This document shows positions 8,983 through 20,521 of a stretch of DNA of 64,000 bases, in pieces; within the stretch, counting starts at the first letter, position 1; each line of letters begins with the position of its first letter. The position numbers were made by a program, and so were the translations under genes. The notes beneath the pieces were generated by a model, which was given only the letters and a program-made list of their open reading frames with translations, searched no databases and was not told the DNA's origin. The stretch lies in the NCBI GenBank assembly GCA_963668675.2, contig CAXXMB010000001.1, positions 1,248,001 through 1,312,000 on the forward strand. Reading direction: 5' to 3'. Source of the DNA: an uncultured Desulfatitalea sp. GTDB taxonomy: Bacteria; Desulfobacterota; Desulfobacteria; Desulfobacterales; Desulfosarcinaceae.

Positions 8983-11972
8983 ATGAGATCACCAAATGTG
9001 CTTTGCCAGGCCGCTTTGAGCTCCGGCACGGTTAATTCAATTATGGGGTTTGCATCCATCTGAATCTTGAGCAGGGGCGCTTCGGTCACCCGGCCGACAC
9101 ATCCAATGGGGACGCCTTGAAAAATCTCTTCAGCGGCGTGACGATCCCTCGGCGCGACGGTAACGATAAACCGTCCCGCAGATTCCGAATAGAGGCGCCG
9201 ATCACTTCTCAAATCTTGTTCCGCAGGCACCTTTGAGAGATCCACCTCCATGCCCAACCCACCGGCCATGGCGGTCATGGCCAAATGGACACCCAATCCG
9301 CCTCTGTAGACACCATGCACCGAGGCGGTTAGATCTGACAGAATGGCCTGATGCACCTTTCGGTAACACTTCATATTCGCTTTACTATCCACCTTGGGGA
9401 CATTGCATCCGACGGTGTGAAACATGTCGTAGTACTCAGACGCACCAAGTTCATCTCGGGTTAGGCCAATCACATAAATCAGGTCCCCGGGAATCTTCGG
9501 ATCAAGGGTCGCACACGAGGCGATATCGGCGATAACGCTGGTGGCTGAAAACTGCAGGCTCTCCAGCGCCGATACCTTTCGGGTTTCACCATAGCGCCCG
9601 GTCAGGTGTCCATCGACATACATGCTGTCTTTGCCGGAAAGCAGCGGGATTTCATATGCCAGGCATATATCCCGCAAGGCACTGCACGACCGGACCAGTT
9701 GGGCGGCTTTAAAGCGACCGTCAGGATTCTTCTCCGGATCGTATTGAATCGTTGGCCAGCAGAAATTGTCCACCCCGCCGATATGGTCCGGATCACCGCC
9801 CACAGCGATCAATCGCCTGACGGCCTCGTCAATGGTGCAGGCGCTCATGTGGTAAGCGTCGATTCGCGAGTAGAACGGAAGCAGGGCCTGTGAAAATGCC
9901 AGCCCGCGATCCGAATCGAGAACGGGGCGCAATACGGCGGCATCCCCGGTCACATCGCGTCCGCTGCCCAACAGGGGTTTGATGACGCTGGTGCCCTGAA
10001 CCTCATGATCGTATTGGCGGCTGATCCAGGCTTTGGAGCAGATGTTGGGCCTGGCCAGCATGTCCAGCAGGAGTCGATTGTGGTCACTCGGTTCACCGAT
10101 GACCGGTTCAAAAAGGCCTCGGTCTTTGGGCGGGATCCATTCAGCGTCGAACTGCCACTGAGGGAACCCGGCCGTGAGAAGATCGAGATCCACGTAAGCA
10201 CACGGTTTGCCTTCGTATGTGATGTGAAGCTTGCCCGTATCCGTGTATCGGCCAATCACCGTGCTTTCGACAGCATGTTTGGCTGAGAGCTCGAAAAAGC
10301 GCTTTTCGTTCTCCGGTGCGATGGCCACGGTCATGCGTTCCTGGGATTCCGAAATCCATATCTCCCATTGATCCAGCCCGTCGTATTTGAGCGGAACCTT
10401 CTCAAGCTCGATTTCGCACCCATTGGAACAGAGCGCGCTTTCACCGATTGAACTGGACAGACCACCGCCGCCATTATCGGTAATAAAACGAATTAAGCCT
10501 TCATCGCGCGCCTCGAGCAGAAAGTCGTGCATCTTTTTCTGCGTATACGGATCGCCGATTTGAACATGTCCAGCGGGTGTGTGTTCGGAAAACGTCTCCG
10601 AAGAAGCCGTAACCCCGTGGATGCCGTCTTTACCCACCCGACCGCCGCACATGATGGCCAGGTCGCCGGGCAGGATCGTCTTCTCTTCCGATGGTGCGCC
10701 ATGGACCTGGGCCGGCATGAGGCCCAGGGCAGTGACATAGACCAGGCATTTGCCCATGTAGCCGTGATCGAAGAGAACCTGTCCGCATGGTGTGGGGATG
10801 CCGCTCTTGTTTCCTCCGTCACGCACACCTTCTATAATACCGTCCAGGAGCCTGCGTGGGTGCAGATGGGGCGCCAGATCTCCGTCATAATCCCTGGGCC
10901 CGACACAAAACCCATAGCTGCCCATGATCAGTCGTGAGCCGAGTCCGGTGCCCATCGGGTCCCGGTAGATACCGACAATTCCGGTTATGGCGCCACCGTA
11001 AGCCTCCATGTTGGAGGGGGAGTTGTGAGTCTCGCCGGTGATTGTGTAGTAGGTCTCTTCATCGAAGCGGCCCACCCCGGCATTATCCCACAACACCGAG
11101 GCGACCCACGACTTCTTCTCCTTCAGGGCGAGGGTCGGTGCTTCGATACAGGTTTTAAACAGACTGTTGATGGTCTCGGTTTCATCCTTGGCCACATCGG
11201 TGTAGTGGAAAAGTCCTCGGAAAGTGTTATGGTTGCAATGATCGCTGCGTGCCTGGGAGATATACTCCAGCTCAACATCCGTCGGCTCGTCCAGTCCGAC
11301 CGCGGCTCTCTGGGCCCTCACCGACTCGTCCAGAAAATAGTTTCGGATGATGGGAATGTCATTGGGGTTGAGGGCCAGGTTGCGCTCCACACTTAGGCGC
11401 TGAAGGGTTTCGTCGCTGTCAATGGAGAGCGCTGAGACTGTGGGCGTGTGGTCTAGGCGCACTTTGGGGATAATGAAACCCACGCCTTGGTCCGGGTCCC
11501 ATTCGTCGGCGCTGTATATCTTCCACTGCTGGATGATGTCGTTTGCCAGGAGTTGGGAGGCTATCTTCCTCACATCCTCCCGAGACAATTCCGAACCCTT
11601 GAGGCAGAAACGCTTTGAGGTGTAGACCGATTCATCCGGTCCAAATTTTATTCCCAGAAGATCTTCCATGGCCTCTACCGCCGTGGCACCAGCGTTATCG
11701 CGAACGCCTGGACGAAACCCGATCCAGACGATCCAGTCGGCATCGATGGTCACGGGGCGCAGAGACGAAATCTGGGTGACCGGATTGGTGAACACCTCGT
11801 TGCGAACCAGGTTGCACTGATCTTCGGTCAGCGCCGCATCAATAGTGACGATGTGAATCGTGCGGACGCTTTCAACTTCAAGGCCAAAGTAGTCGCGCGC
11901 TTTACGCAACAGCCCCTCTCCTTCGGCATCCAGCATCTTTGGCTTCAAGGTTATTTCGATACGGTTCGGCAT
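8979..11972 (-). CDS. purL: FGAM synthase, PurS-PurL fusion type
   Basis: N-terminal PurS-like segments, then SDHCNH, ETHNSPS, VQIGDP, SESQERM and QYDHEVQ. Confidence 0.95.
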   Translation of the reverse strand: MPNRIEITLKPKMLDAEGEGLLRKARDYFGLEVESVRTIHIVTIDAALTEDQCNLVRNEVFTNPVTQISSLRPVTIDADWIVWIGFRPGVRDNAGATAVEAMEDLLGIKFGPDESVYTSKRFCLKGSELSREDVRKIASQLLANDIIQQWKIYSADEWDPDQGVGFIIPKVRLDHTPTVSALSIDSDETLQRLSVERNLALNPNDIPIIRNYFLDESVRAQRAAVGLDEPTDVELEYISQARSDHCNHNTFRGLFHYTDVAKDETETINSLFKTCIEAPTLALKEKKSWVASVLWDNAGVGRFDEETYYTITGETHNSPSNMEAYGGAITGIVGIYRDPMGTGLGSRLIMGSYGFCVGPRDYDGDLAPHLHPRRLLDGIIEGVRDGGNKSGIPTPCGQVLFDHGYMGKCLVYVTALGLMPAQVHGAPSEEKTILPGDLAIMCGGRVGKDGIHGVTASSETFSEHTPAGHVQIGDPYTQKKMHDFLLEARDEGLIRFITDNGGGGLSSSIGESALCSNGCEIELEKVPLKYDGLDQWEIWISESQERMTVAIAPENEKRFFELSAKHAVESTVIGRYTDTGKLHITYEGKPCAYVDLDLLTAGFPQWQFDAEWIPPKDRGLFEPVIGEPSDHNRLLLDMLARPNICSKAWISRQYDHEVQGTSVIKPLLGSGRDVTGDAAVLRPVLDSDRGLAFSQALLPFYSRIDAYHMSACTIDEAVRRLIAVGGDPDHIGGVDNFCWPTIQYDPEKNPDGRFKAAQLVRSCSALRDICLAYEIPLLSGKDSMYVDGHLTGRYGETRKVSALESLQFSATSVIADIASCATLDPKIPGDLIYVIGLTRDELGASEYYDMFHTVGCNVPKVDSKANMKCYRKVHQAILSDLTASVHGVYRGGLGVHLAMTAMAGGLGMEVDLSKVPAEQDLRSDRRLYSESAGRFIVTVAPRDRHAAEEIFQGVPIGCVGRVTEAPLLKIQMDANPIIELTVPELKAAWQSTFGDLI

Positions 11973-12060
11973 GATGGAAGTCCTATCTTTGTTCAGTGGC
12001 CGCCCGGCAAGGTCACCATGCGGTTCATGGGAGACGTGGCAAATGCTGACCGGGCAGGCA

Positions 12061-13422
12061 CTATCTGAACCAGGTAATCACAATGTCGTTGTAGAAGACA
12101 AATATCATCAACAGAAGCAGTAAAAACATTCCCACCTGTTGGGCGGTCTCGCGCATCCGCAAACTCACCGGTTTGCGCTGAACCGCCTCAATGGCGAAAA
12201 AGAGCAGGTGGCCGCCGTCGAGCACCGGAATGGGCAGCAGGTTGATCACCGCCAGATTGACACTGATGATAGCGATGAAATAGAGCCACGCCAGAAAGCC
12301 CTCCTCGGCTTGCTGATCGGCCAGCAGCGCAATCCGGATCGGCCCTCCGATCGCCTCCGTCGGTACCTTGCGCTCAACGAGCTTGACAAAAAAGTAACCG
12401 GTGGCCTTGACCACATTCCACGTCTGTTTGCCTCCCTTGGTTAGTGCGCCCAAAAGCCCGATGTCAAGGGTTATCTGGTCCTCCTCCGGGATGGTGATCC
12501 CGGCGCGCTGGATACCGATGCGGTAGACGCTCTCTTTGACGCCCATCGCATTCTTCTCCTGCACCTCCTCGGGTTTGATTTCGAATTCAAATGTTTCATT
12601 GCCCCGCAGGACTTTGAATAGGAGCGGTCGACCCTTGGAGGATGAGACGATCTCCTGCATGGTCTCCCACCGCTCTATGGGCTGACCATCTATGGCGGTG
12701 ATCAGATCACCCTCTTGCATGCCGGCCTTTTCGGCCGGCTTACCTTTAATCGTTTTGTCGACGACGGCACTGGGTTCGGTATATCCCTCTATGCCCAAGT
12801 CATAATAGGTGATGTCGTCGCCGTAGACATCCTTGGCACCGGTCTGCTTGGGTTTGATCCTGAAGGTGAGCGACTCGCCATTTCGCGTGACCTGTAACGT
12901 GAGTAATTCCCCCTGGCTCTTGTCCAGAATCTCATCGATGCCTCGCCAGGAGTCGACCTGAGCACCATCAATCGCCTCGATGAAATCACCCGTCTGCAAT
13001 CCTGCCTGGTAAGCCGAGCTCTCTTTGTCTATGCTCCGGATGACCGGACGGATGCTCGGCAAACCGGCGAAATAGATTCCAAAGGTAAAAATAAGTATGG
13101 CCAGCAATACATTGAACAGAGGTCCTGCGGCAACGATCAGGCTGCGCGGAAGGACAGCTTTGTGGTTGAAAGCGAAGGGGATGTCTTCGGGCGGCAGGGG
13201 GGAATCGGGCTCCTCTCCCACCATCTTGACATAACCGCCGAGCGGGAACAGAGAGACCCGGTAATCGGTGCGCCCGACCTTTTTACCAAAAAGCCTTGGA
13301 CCGAAACCGAGGGAGAACTTTTCCACCCCGACACCGAAAAGTCTCGCGACGAGAAAGTGTCCCAGTTCATGGAAAAAAATGAGGATGCCCAAAACGACGA
13401 TGAAATTGAGGAAAGTACTCAT
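12061..13422 (-). CDS. rseP: RIP metalloprotease RseP with two PDZ domains
   Basis: HELGH and NLLPIPVLDGGH motifs; lies in the dxr cluster. Confidence 0.95.
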   Translation of the reverse strand: MSTFLNFIVVLGILIFFHELGHFLVARLFGVGVEKFSLGFGPRLFGKKVGRTDYRVSLFPLGGYVKMVGEEPDSPLPPEDIPFAFNHKAVLPRSLIVAAGPLFNVLLAILIFTFGIYFAGLPSIRPVIRSIDKESSAYQAGLQTGDFIEAIDGAQVDSWRGIDEILDKSQGELLTLQVTRNGESLTFRIKPKQTGAKDVYGDDITYYDLGIEGYTEPSAVVDKTIKGKPAEKAGMQEGDLITAIDGQPIERWETMQEIVSSSKGRPLLFKVLRGNETFEFEIKPEEVQEKNAMGVKESVYRIGIQRAGITIPEEDQITLDIGLLGALTKGGKQTWNVVKATGYFFVKLVERKVPTEAIGGPIRIALLADQQAEEGFLAWLYFIAIISVNLAVINLLPIPVLDGGHLLFFAIEAVQRKPVSLRMRETAQQVGMFLLLLLMIFVFYNDIVITWFR

Positions 13423-13582
13423 AAGATGCCGTCATCCTAGTGGGGTTGTATCGAATCGTTGAACGGCACGAAGGCGCTGTCTGGATGATGAACTTGCCGC
13501 CCTCGACCGTTTCGGCGAATGGTCGGACCGCCTTACGCTATTATGAATCGGCGAATCCGATAACTTATAGCAACGCATTGTA

Positions 13583-14749
13583 TTAGATTGTGGCCAACTC
13601 TTCAACCTTACTCTGCGACTTATGACGAGACCATTGGTCTGCAGCTAAAATGTCATCCAGACCGGGCGCTTGATCGACGGAATGTTCAGCCATCGTTTTC
13701 TCGATAATCACAGAAATGTCGTTGAAACGAATACGTCCTCCAAGAAATGCAGATACCGCAATCTCATTGGCGGCATTCATGACCGACGGAAGCGTACCGC
13801 CCTGCTTTAGGGCATCGAAGGCCAGCCTCAGGCACGGAAACTTGCTGAAGTTGGGGGATTCAAATGTAAGCGTATGAATGGCGACCAGATCGGGTAGCGG
13901 TTGTCTCAACTCGAGCCGGTGCGGATGCGAGAGGGCGTAGGCGATTGCACCCTGCATATCCGGAATCCCCAACTGAGCGATGATCGATCCATCACAGAAG
14001 GCGACCATGGAATGGACGATACTCTGGGGGTGCACCACCACTTCAATCTGTTCCGGGGAGAGGTCGAAAAGCCACTTGGCCTCGATCACCTCCAGTCCCT
14101 TGTTCATCAACGTCGCAGAATCGATCGTAATTTTGGCGCCCATTGACCAGTTGGGATGTTTGAGGGCCTGGGCCGGCTCTATCTCTATAAATTTTTCGGC
14201 CGGTGTCTCTCTAAAGGGGCCGCCCGACGCGGTCAAAATTATCTTTTCCACCTCCGGTCGCCGCTGCCCCTGAAGGCACTGAAAGATCGCGCTGTGCTCG
14301 CTATCGACAGGAAGCAGTCTCACGCCCTTCTCGGAGACCGCTTTCATCACAACGGCACCAGCCATGACCAGCGTCTCCTTGTTGGCCAGGGCAATATCCT
14401 TTCCAGCCTCAATGGCCGCAAGTGTGGGGACCAATCCGGCAGCACCGACCATGGCCCCAACCACCATGTCGACGCCATCCAAGGTTGCAGCCGCTTTGTA
14501 TCCATTTGAACCGCACAGGATTTCTGCCCTGCACCCCGACCCCAATCGCTTCTTCAGCCGGTCAGCCGTCTCCTCATCCCCCACCACAGCCAATTCCGGA
14601 TCGAACGCCTCGATCTGCTCCGCCAGCAGCGCTACATTGCCCTTGGCGGTCAATGCCCTGACGGCAAACTGATTACGAAATTGGTCGACAATTTTAAGGG
14701 TACTCTGACCGATGGAGCCTGTGGCACCAAGTATGGAGAGGGAGATCAT
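13583..14749 (-). CDS. dxr: 1-deoxy-D-xylulose-5-phosphate reductoisomerase
   Basis: LGATGSIG, LANKE, PVDSEHSA and HPNWSMG.K motifs. Confidence 0.97.
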   Translation of the reverse strand: MISLSILGATGSIGQSTLKIVDQFRNQFAVRALTAKGNVALLAEQIEAFDPELAVVGDEETADRLKKRLGSGCRAEILCGSNGYKAAATLDGVDMVVGAMVGAAGLVPTLAAIEAGKDIALANKETLVMAGAVVMKAVSEKGVRLLPVDSEHSAIFQCLQGQRRPEVEKIILTASGGPFRETPAEKFIEIEPAQALKHPNWSMGAKITIDSATLMNKGLEVIEAKWLFDLSPEQIEVVVHPQSIVHSMVAFCDGSIIAQLGIPDMQGAIAYALSHPHRLELRQPLPDLVAIHTLTFESPNFSKFPCLRLAFDALKQGGTLPSVMNAANEIAVSAFLGGRIRFNDISVIIEKTMAEHSVDQAPGLDDILAADQWSRHKSQSKVEELATI

Positions 14750-15558
14750 GGCAGTAGAAAATCCTTGAGCAGGAAGGCGATGGGCGTGGCAAAAAGCAAT
14801 GCATCGATTCGATCCAGAAATCCGCCGTGCCCCGGTAGCAGACCGCCTGAATCCTTCACACCTGCCGCCCGCTTAAACTCTGATTCGAACAGATCCCCGG
14901 CTTGACCGACGACTCCGATAACGAGAGCGAAAAGGATGCCCATTGGCAAGGGTAAAAATGGCATGAAAATCGATTGGTAAAGGGTGCCAATGCAAACGTT
15001 GGCGGCCAATCCGCCGAGTGATCCTTCGATGGTCTTTTTGGGGCTGACCGCCGGACACAGTTTATGTTTTCCAAAATAGGTACCCACGTAAAACGCACCC
15101 GTGTCCCCGGCCGAAACGACCAGCAGCAGCCAAAATATCCAATGGATGCCATTTCCGCCATCGTATAGCGGCACCATGAATGAGAGCAACAGAGGGATAT
15201 ACAACAGGCCGAAAACCTGCTTGAGAACAACCGACGGCGCATCCTGGGACAATCTGAAGCGAAAGATGGAGAGAAAGGCAGCGCCGATGAGGTGCACGAT
15301 TAAAATGGCAAAACCGGCGCGCAAGGTTTGATAGTGAAAAGAGAGAACGATAGCGACGCCTGCAGTATAGCTCCAAAGCTGAAAAGGCAGCGGCAAAGAC
15401 GGCGACAGGCCGGAGAAGACGATCCGAAAATACTCCCACAGGGAGATGGTGCTTACGGCGATGATGGCCAGGGTAAAGAGGCTCGCCCCGCCTTTGAGGA
15501 TCAGAAAAAGGAGCAGCGGCAAAGCAACGAGTGCGGTTATCCATCGTTTCCAGTGCAT
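14746..15558 (-). CDS. cdsA: Phosphatidate cytidylyltransferase
   Basis: SPKKTIEG and KDSG.LLPGHGGFLDRID motifs. Confidence 0.95.
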   Translation of the reverse strand: MHWKRWITALVALPLLLFLILKGGASLFTLAIIAVSTISLWEYFRIVFSGLSPSLPLPFQLWSYTAGVAIVLSFHYQTLRAGFAILIVHLIGAAFLSIFRFRLSQDAPSVVLKQVFGLLYIPLLLSFMVPLYDGGNGIHWIFWLLLVVSAGDTGAFYVGTYFGKHKLCPAVSPKKTIEGSLGGLAANVCIGTLYQSIFMPFLPLPMGILFALVIGVVGQAGDLFESEFKRAAGVKDSGGLLPGHGGFLDRIDALLFATPIAFLLKDFLLP

Positions 15559-15622
15559 AGGTCACTCTCACCATTCCAATGGGATCGCTGATACCCCCTG
15601 CCGATGCGTGGGGCGTCCGTCA

Positions 15623-16366
15623 TTACTGCTTTACGTTTCCAAAACGCCTGTCGCGCTGCTGGTACTCTTTAAAAATGGTAATCAGCTCTTCCCGGGTAAA
15701 ATCAGGCCAGAGTGTTGGGGTGACGAACAGCTCACTGTATGCCAATTGCCAGAGCAGAAAATTGCTGATGCGCATCTCCCCACTGGTTCGAATCATGAGA
15801 TCCGGATCAGGCATATTTCGAGTATAGAGATGATCCGCCACAACCGATTCATCAATATCCTCAAGCGCCAATTCACCGGACACCGCTTTGGCACTGATCT
15901 CCTTTACCATCTCTGTGATTTCCGTCCTCCCGCCATAGCTGAGCGCCAGGTTGAGATTCATCCCCTCGCTATCGGCCGTAGCAGCGCAAACCCGTTCAAT
16001 GATGGCGCGAACGTCTTGCGGCAGCCGGTGCAATTGACCGATGGTGCTCAGGCGGATTTGATGCTTCAACAGCTCCGGCTCCTCCTCGGCAAGGAATCTT
16101 TTCAACAATCCCATCAGCGCTTTTACTTCGCCTGCCGGGCGATTCCAGTTTTCAGTGGAGAAGGCGTATAGGGTGAGGGCGGGGATTTTAAATTCGCGGC
16201 AAGTTTTAACGACGGTTCTGACGGTTTCAACGCCCTTTTCATGTCCCTTGACGCGGTTCATCAAGCGTTTTTTGGCCCATCGGCCATTTCCATCCATGAT
16301 AATGGCCACGTGCCTGGGCAATTGAGCGACATCCAATTTCTCAGCTTGAGAGGCGTTAGAACTCAA
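15623..16366 (-). CDS. uppS: Undecaprenyl-diphosphate synthase
   Basis: [18 protein letters not shown] and [11 protein letters not shown] motifs. Confidence 0.96.
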   Translation of the reverse strand: MSSNASQAEKLDVAQLPRHVAIIMDGNGRWAKKRLMNRVKGHEKGVETVRTVVKTCREFKIPALTLYAFSTENWNRPAGEVKALMGLLKRFLAEEEPELLKHQIRLSTIGQLHRLPQDVRAIIERVCAATADSEGMNLNLALSYGGRTEITEMVKEISAKAVSGELALEDIDESVVADHLYTRNMPDPDLMIRTSGEMRISNFLLWQLAYSELFVTPTLWPDFTREELITIFKEYQQRDRRFGNVKQ

Positions 16367-16913
16367 GAATCTCTTTCTCTTTGGCTTTGAATATCTCGTC
16401 TATCTGTTTGATGTAGTCATCGGTAATTTTCTGTATCTCATCCTGGGCTTTGAAGGCGTCATCTTCTGAAATGTCGCCGTCCTTTTTGAAGCCCTTGATC
16501 AGTTCGTTGGAGTCTCTGCGAATGTTTCGAACGCCGACCTTGTGTTCTTCACTGGTTTTATGAACGAGCTTAACCAGCTCCTTGCGACGCTCTTCGGTCA
16601 AAGGCGGAATGGCGATACGGATCAATTTGCCGTCATTGGATGGCGTGAGTCCGAGGTCGGATTTGAGGATGGCCTTTTCAATGTCCTTGATAACCGTCAC
16701 GTCCCACGGCTGGATGGTAATCAAGCGGCTTTCAGGAACCGCAACTGTGGCCATCTGGTTGATTGGCGTCGGGGTGCCGTAGTAGTCAACCCTGATGCCA
16801 TCCAGAAGGGATGCCGAGGCCCTGCCGGTGCGAATCCGCTTCAGCTCGAAGTTCAGGGCGGTGATGGTTTTAGCCATCCGGTCACGGGTTTCCTGATAGG
16901 TTTCTTCAATCAT
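16356..16913 (-). CDS. frr: Ribosome recycling factor
   Basis: IRTGRAS and [14 protein letters not shown] 16913 gives 185 aa. Confidence 0.96.
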   Translation of the reverse strand: MIEETYQETRDRMAKTITALNFELKRIRTGRASASLLDGIRVDYYGTPTPINQMATVAVPESRLITIQPWDVTVIKDIEKAILKSDLGLTPSNDGKLIRIAIPPLTEERRKELVKLVHKTSEEHKVGVRNIRRDSNELIKGFKKDGDISEDDAFKAQDEIQKITDDYIKQIDEIFKAKEKEILEF

Positions 16914-17060
16914 ACTCACCTCTGTGGCGGTTTACACGGTTAACCGAAGTCCCCTGACATGGCCAGTTCCATATAAACGAAAGGTCGCTTCACCTGCTCC
17001 TTTTAACAGCTGGCAGATAGAGCTACGATCCTTTCTTATCACAACCCAGACAAGACAAGG

Positions 17061-17777
17061 TCAATTGCCGATCTGGGTACCCACACGATCGCCGCAGACG
17101 ACCTGATATATATTACCGGCCTTTTTAAGATCAAAAACGACCAAAGGCAGATCGTTGTCCATGGCAAGGGAGATGGCGGTCATGTCCATCACTCTGAGCT
17201 GCTTCTCGAGCACCTGCATGTATGAGATGGACGCTATAAAAGTCGCATTGGGATCAGTCGCCGGATCGGCATCGTAAAGCCCGTCGACCTTGGTTGCCTT
17301 CAAGAGCACCTGGGCGTGGATCTCCTGGGCGCGAAGTACAGCGGCTGTATCGGTAGTAAAATAAGGATTTCCCGTTCCCGCAGCAAAGATGACCACCCTG
17401 CCCTTTTCCAGATGGCGGAGAGCCCTTCTCAAAATATAGGGCTCGGCAACCTCGTGCATGGAAATTGCCGTCTGAATCCGGGTTTGTATGCCTCTTTTTT
17501 CAAGCGCATCCTGCAAGGCCAGACTGTTGATGACAGTGGCCAGCATGCCCATGTGGTCGGCTGATGTTCTCTCCATACCGAACGAAGTGGCCTTGACTCC
17601 CCTGAAGATATTGCCGCCCCCCACGACAATGGCCATTTGCACACCCTTGTCGTAGGGCTCTTTTATCTCTTCGGCAACATAGGAGAGCATCTCTGGTGCG
17701 ATGCCAAAGCTCTGATCTCCCATCAGTGCTTCACCACTCAATTTCAGCAGAACACGTTTGTATTGAGGTTGCTTCAA
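17061..17777 (-). CDS. pyrH: UMP kinase
   Basis: [17 protein letters not shown] and [13 protein letters not shown] 17777 just after the tsf stop is the likely start. Confidence 0.95.
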   Translation of the reverse strand: MKQPQYKRVLLKLSGEALMGDQSFGIAPEMLSYVAEEIKEPYDKGVQMAIVVGGGNIFRGVKATSFGMERTSADHMGMLATVINSLALQDALEKRGIQTRIQTAISMHEVAEPYILRRALRHLEKGRVVIFAAGTGNPYFTTDTAAVLRAQEIHAQVLLKATKVDGLYDADPATDPNATFIASISYMQVLEKQLRVMDMTAISLAMDNDLPLVVFDLKKAGNIYQVVCGDRVGTQIGN

Positions 17778-17778
17778 G

Positions 17779-18378
17779 CTATGCGGCCCCCACCTGAAAA
17801 CGGGCAAACCGTTTGATTTCAATCTTCTCGCCGGTTTTGGCGATCACTTCGTTAAGATAGTCGTTGATGGTTTTATCCGGATCTTTTACATAGGCCTGAT
17901 TGAGGAGGCAGCTCTCCTTGAAAAACTTGTTCAACTTGCCATCGACAATCTTGTCGATCATTTTGTCGGGTTTTCCCATCTCCACGGCTTGTGCGCGATA
18001 AATCTCCTTCTCCCGGTTGACGACCTCTGCGGATACGTCTTCAGCAACAATACCGACCGGATTGGTCGCCGCGATGTGCATGGCCAGGTTCTTCGCAAAC
18101 TCGACGAAATCGTCAGTCTTTGCGACAAAGTCGGTTTCACAATCGACCTCGACCATCACGCCGATCTTTCCGCCCATGTGAATGTAAGACTGGATGGTGC
18201 CTTCACTGGTCGCTCGCCCCGCGCGTTTTGCTGCTGTCGCCAGCCCCTTTTTACGCAAAAAGTCCACAGCCTTTTCCATATCGCCATCACAGGAGGTCAG
18301 CGCCTCCTTACAATCCATAATGCCCGCTCCGGTTTTCTCCCTGAGCGTCTTGACCATTGCTGCACTTATATCTGCCAT
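17779..18378 (-). CDS. tsf: Elongation factor Ts (short form)
   Basis: '[16 protein letters not shown]' and CETDFVA; 199 aa. Confidence 0.96.
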   Translation of the reverse strand: MADISAAMVKTLREKTGAGIMDCKEALTSCDGDMEKAVDFLRKKGLATAAKRAGRATSEGTIQSYIHMGGKIGVMVEVDCETDFVAKTDDFVEFAKNLAMHIAATNPVGIVAEDVSAEVVNREKEIYRAQAVEMGKPDKMIDKIVDGKLNKFFKESCLLNQAYVKDPDKTINDYLNEVIAKTGEKIEIKRFARFQVGAA

Positions 18379-18384
18379 TTTGTT

Positions 18385-19287
18385 CTATTCTCCTTGTTGA
18401 CCAGCTTCAGCGGTCGTATCTTCCTTCTCGGCGGGTTGTGTATCTGCATCCTCTTCACCTGTCTTGCGGATGATTTCAACGATGGGCCCCTGGGAGCCGT
18501 CGGAAATCACCTTGCGCTCGCCTGGCTTAAGATCCGCTACCTTCGTTTCGATCTCGGAAGGTGTCTCGTCCGCCTTGTCGACCTCGGCTTGCTTTTTCTC
18601 TTTAAAACGCTTCTGGCCTTCGATGCATGCATCGGCCATACGCGAAGAGACCAATCGGATGGCGCGAATCGCGTCATCATTGCCCGGAATGATATAATCC
18701 ACTTCATCAGGATCGCAATTGGTATCCACAATAGAGACAATGGGAATATTGAGTCTGCGCGCCTCCCGGATTGCGATGGACTCGTTTTTGGGATCAATCA
18801 CGAACATTGCCCCCGGCAACTTGCCCATACTGCGGATGCCCCCCAGAGTGCTGTCCAGCTTGGTTCTCTCCTTACCCATTTTGAGCCGCTCTTTCTTGGG
18901 GAAGAGCTCTATTGTTCCGTCGAGTTCAATCTGATTCAGGTAGTTTAGACGATCGATGCTCTTTTTGATCGTCTGGAAATTGGTCAGCATGCCACCCAAC
19001 CATCGATTGTGAACATAGAACATTTCACAACGGTTGGCCTCTTCGTAAATCGCTTCCCGGGCCTGCTTTTTGGTTCCGACAAACAGAACGGATTTTCCTG
19101 AAGCGGCTGTGTCAATAATGAAGTCATAGGCGGTTTTGAACATACGCACCGTCTTTTGCAAATCGACGATGTAAATACCGTTGCGGGCGCCGAAGATATA
19201 CGGCTTCATCTTTGGGTTCCATCGTTTCGTCTGGTGACCAAAATGAACACCGGCTTCAAGCAGCTCTTTCATGGTTACATAAGCCAT
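18385..19287 (-). CDS. rpsB: 30S ribosomal protein S2
   Basis: [12 protein letters not shown] and RWLGGMLTN; acidic C-terminal tail. Confidence 0.98.
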   Translation of the reverse strand: MAYVTMKELLEAGVHFGHQTKRWNPKMKPYIFGARNGIYIVDLQKTVRMFKTAYDFIIDTAASGKSVLFVGTKKQAREAIYEEANRCEMFYVHNRWLGGMLTNFQTIKKSIDRLNYLNQIELDGTIELFPKKERLKMGKERTKLDSTLGGIRSMGKLPGAMFVIDPKNESIAIREARRLNIPIVSIVDTNCDPDEVDYIIPGNDDAIRAIRLVSSRMADACIEGQKRFKEKKQAEVDKADETPSEIETKVADLKPGERKVISDGSQGPIVEIIRKTGEEDADTQPAEKEDTTAEAGQQGE

Positions 19288-19483
19288 TTCCTACTCCTTT
19301 AAGTTTGGTTGTTCTTTCGTTCACTTCATCCCCAGCCCCAACTTTCAATCGAAAGCACCCGAAGCTGAGTCCGTGAACGTGAGAGTTAGTGCCCATCCGA
19401 AAAACGGCATCCCGGACAAGAATCCCGGGGACCTGATTCAAGCTGCAAACGGCCGTTTCCGCTATGGACGTGGGTTACGGGTT

Positions 19484-19517
19484 AAAACCGAAGATTTGTA
19501 ACAAATCGCTCTTCGGT
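19484..19517 (-). terminator. Hairpin plus U-tract downstream of prmC
   Basis: Minus strand ACCGAAGA-gc-GATTTGT-t-ACAAATC-TTCGGT followed by TTT. Confidence 0.45.
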
Positions 19518-19627
19518 CTGCAACATTTTTTTGGTCTTTGCCCAGCTGCAGATTCGTCCTGCCAAACCGTCCCTACGCTTGACAACATCATCTTGAAACC
19601 CCAGCGGCCGAGAGAGGCTCTATTACT

Positions 19628-20521
19628 CTATTTTTGAATAACAGCAACACGGTCATGGCCACTGTAATCCTTTAAAAAGCGGATCGACGAATAGTTTCCG
19701 AGTTGCCGGACAAGGTGTTGAAACGCCGCTTTCTGGTCGTAGCCGATCTCGAGCATCACCACTCCGTCGGCACGAAGGTGGCGATGCGAATGGGCCAGTA
19801 TGGCCTTTATGTCGTCCATCCCATCCGCTCCCCCGTCGAGGGCGGCGAGAGGCTCGAAACGCCTGATGTCATCTGATAGGCTATCGATATCTGCCTTGGC
19901 AATATAGGGTGGGTTGGACACGATCATGTCGAACTGTCCCCGTTCTGTAGAGAGGGGCGATAGCCAATCGCCGACCAGGAAATGAATGTATTGATCCACA
20001 CCGTTTCGTCGGGCATTGTTTCTGGCCACACGAATTGCCGGCCAGGAACGGTCCGTCGCCAAAAAACGTCCAGCTCTCAGTTCGTTCGCAATGGCCACGG
20101 AGATTGCCCCTGATCCGACGCCCAGTTCGAGAATTTTAACTGTGGGCATCCCAACCAGGCCTGAGAGATATTCAATTGCAGCCTCCACCAGACGCTCGGT
20201 ATCGGGCCTCGGGATCAAAACGGCGGGGGACACCTGGAACAACAGAGACCAGAACTCCTTTACGCCCGTGATGTAAGCAATCGGCTCGAATGTCGCCCTG
20301 CGCTTTATAAGGCTTTTAAGATCGGCCAACTCGTCATCGTTTAACGGCTGGTCATATCTCACATAGAGATCGATGCGTTCACAGCCTAAAACATGGGCCA
20401 ATAAAATTTCAGCGTCCATCCTGGGAGTTTCAATGGCACGGCGTTTGAAATAGTCGGTGGTCCAATTGAGTGTCTTGAGTATGGTCCAGGAGTCGGTTTC
20501 GTTTCGGCCGCTACTGCTCAT
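19628..20521 (-). CDS. prmC: Release factor glutamine methyltransferase
   Basis: [17 protein letters not shown] and SNPPY; ATG 20521 overlaps the prfA end. Confidence 0.95.
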   Translation of the reverse strand: MSSSGRNETDSWTILKTLNWTTDYFKRRAIETPRMDAEILLAHVLGCERIDLYVRYDQPLNDDELADLKSLIKRRATFEPIAYITGVKEFWSLLFQVSPAVLIPRPDTERLVEAAIEYLSGLVGMPTVKILELGVGSGAISVAIANELRAGRFLATDRSWPAIRVARNNARRNGVDQYIHFLVGDWLSPLSTERGQFDMIVSNPPYIAKADIDSLSDDIRRFEPLAALDGGADGMDDIKAILAHSHRHLRADGVVMLEIGYDQKAAFQHLVRQLGNYSSIRFLKDYSGHDRVAVIQK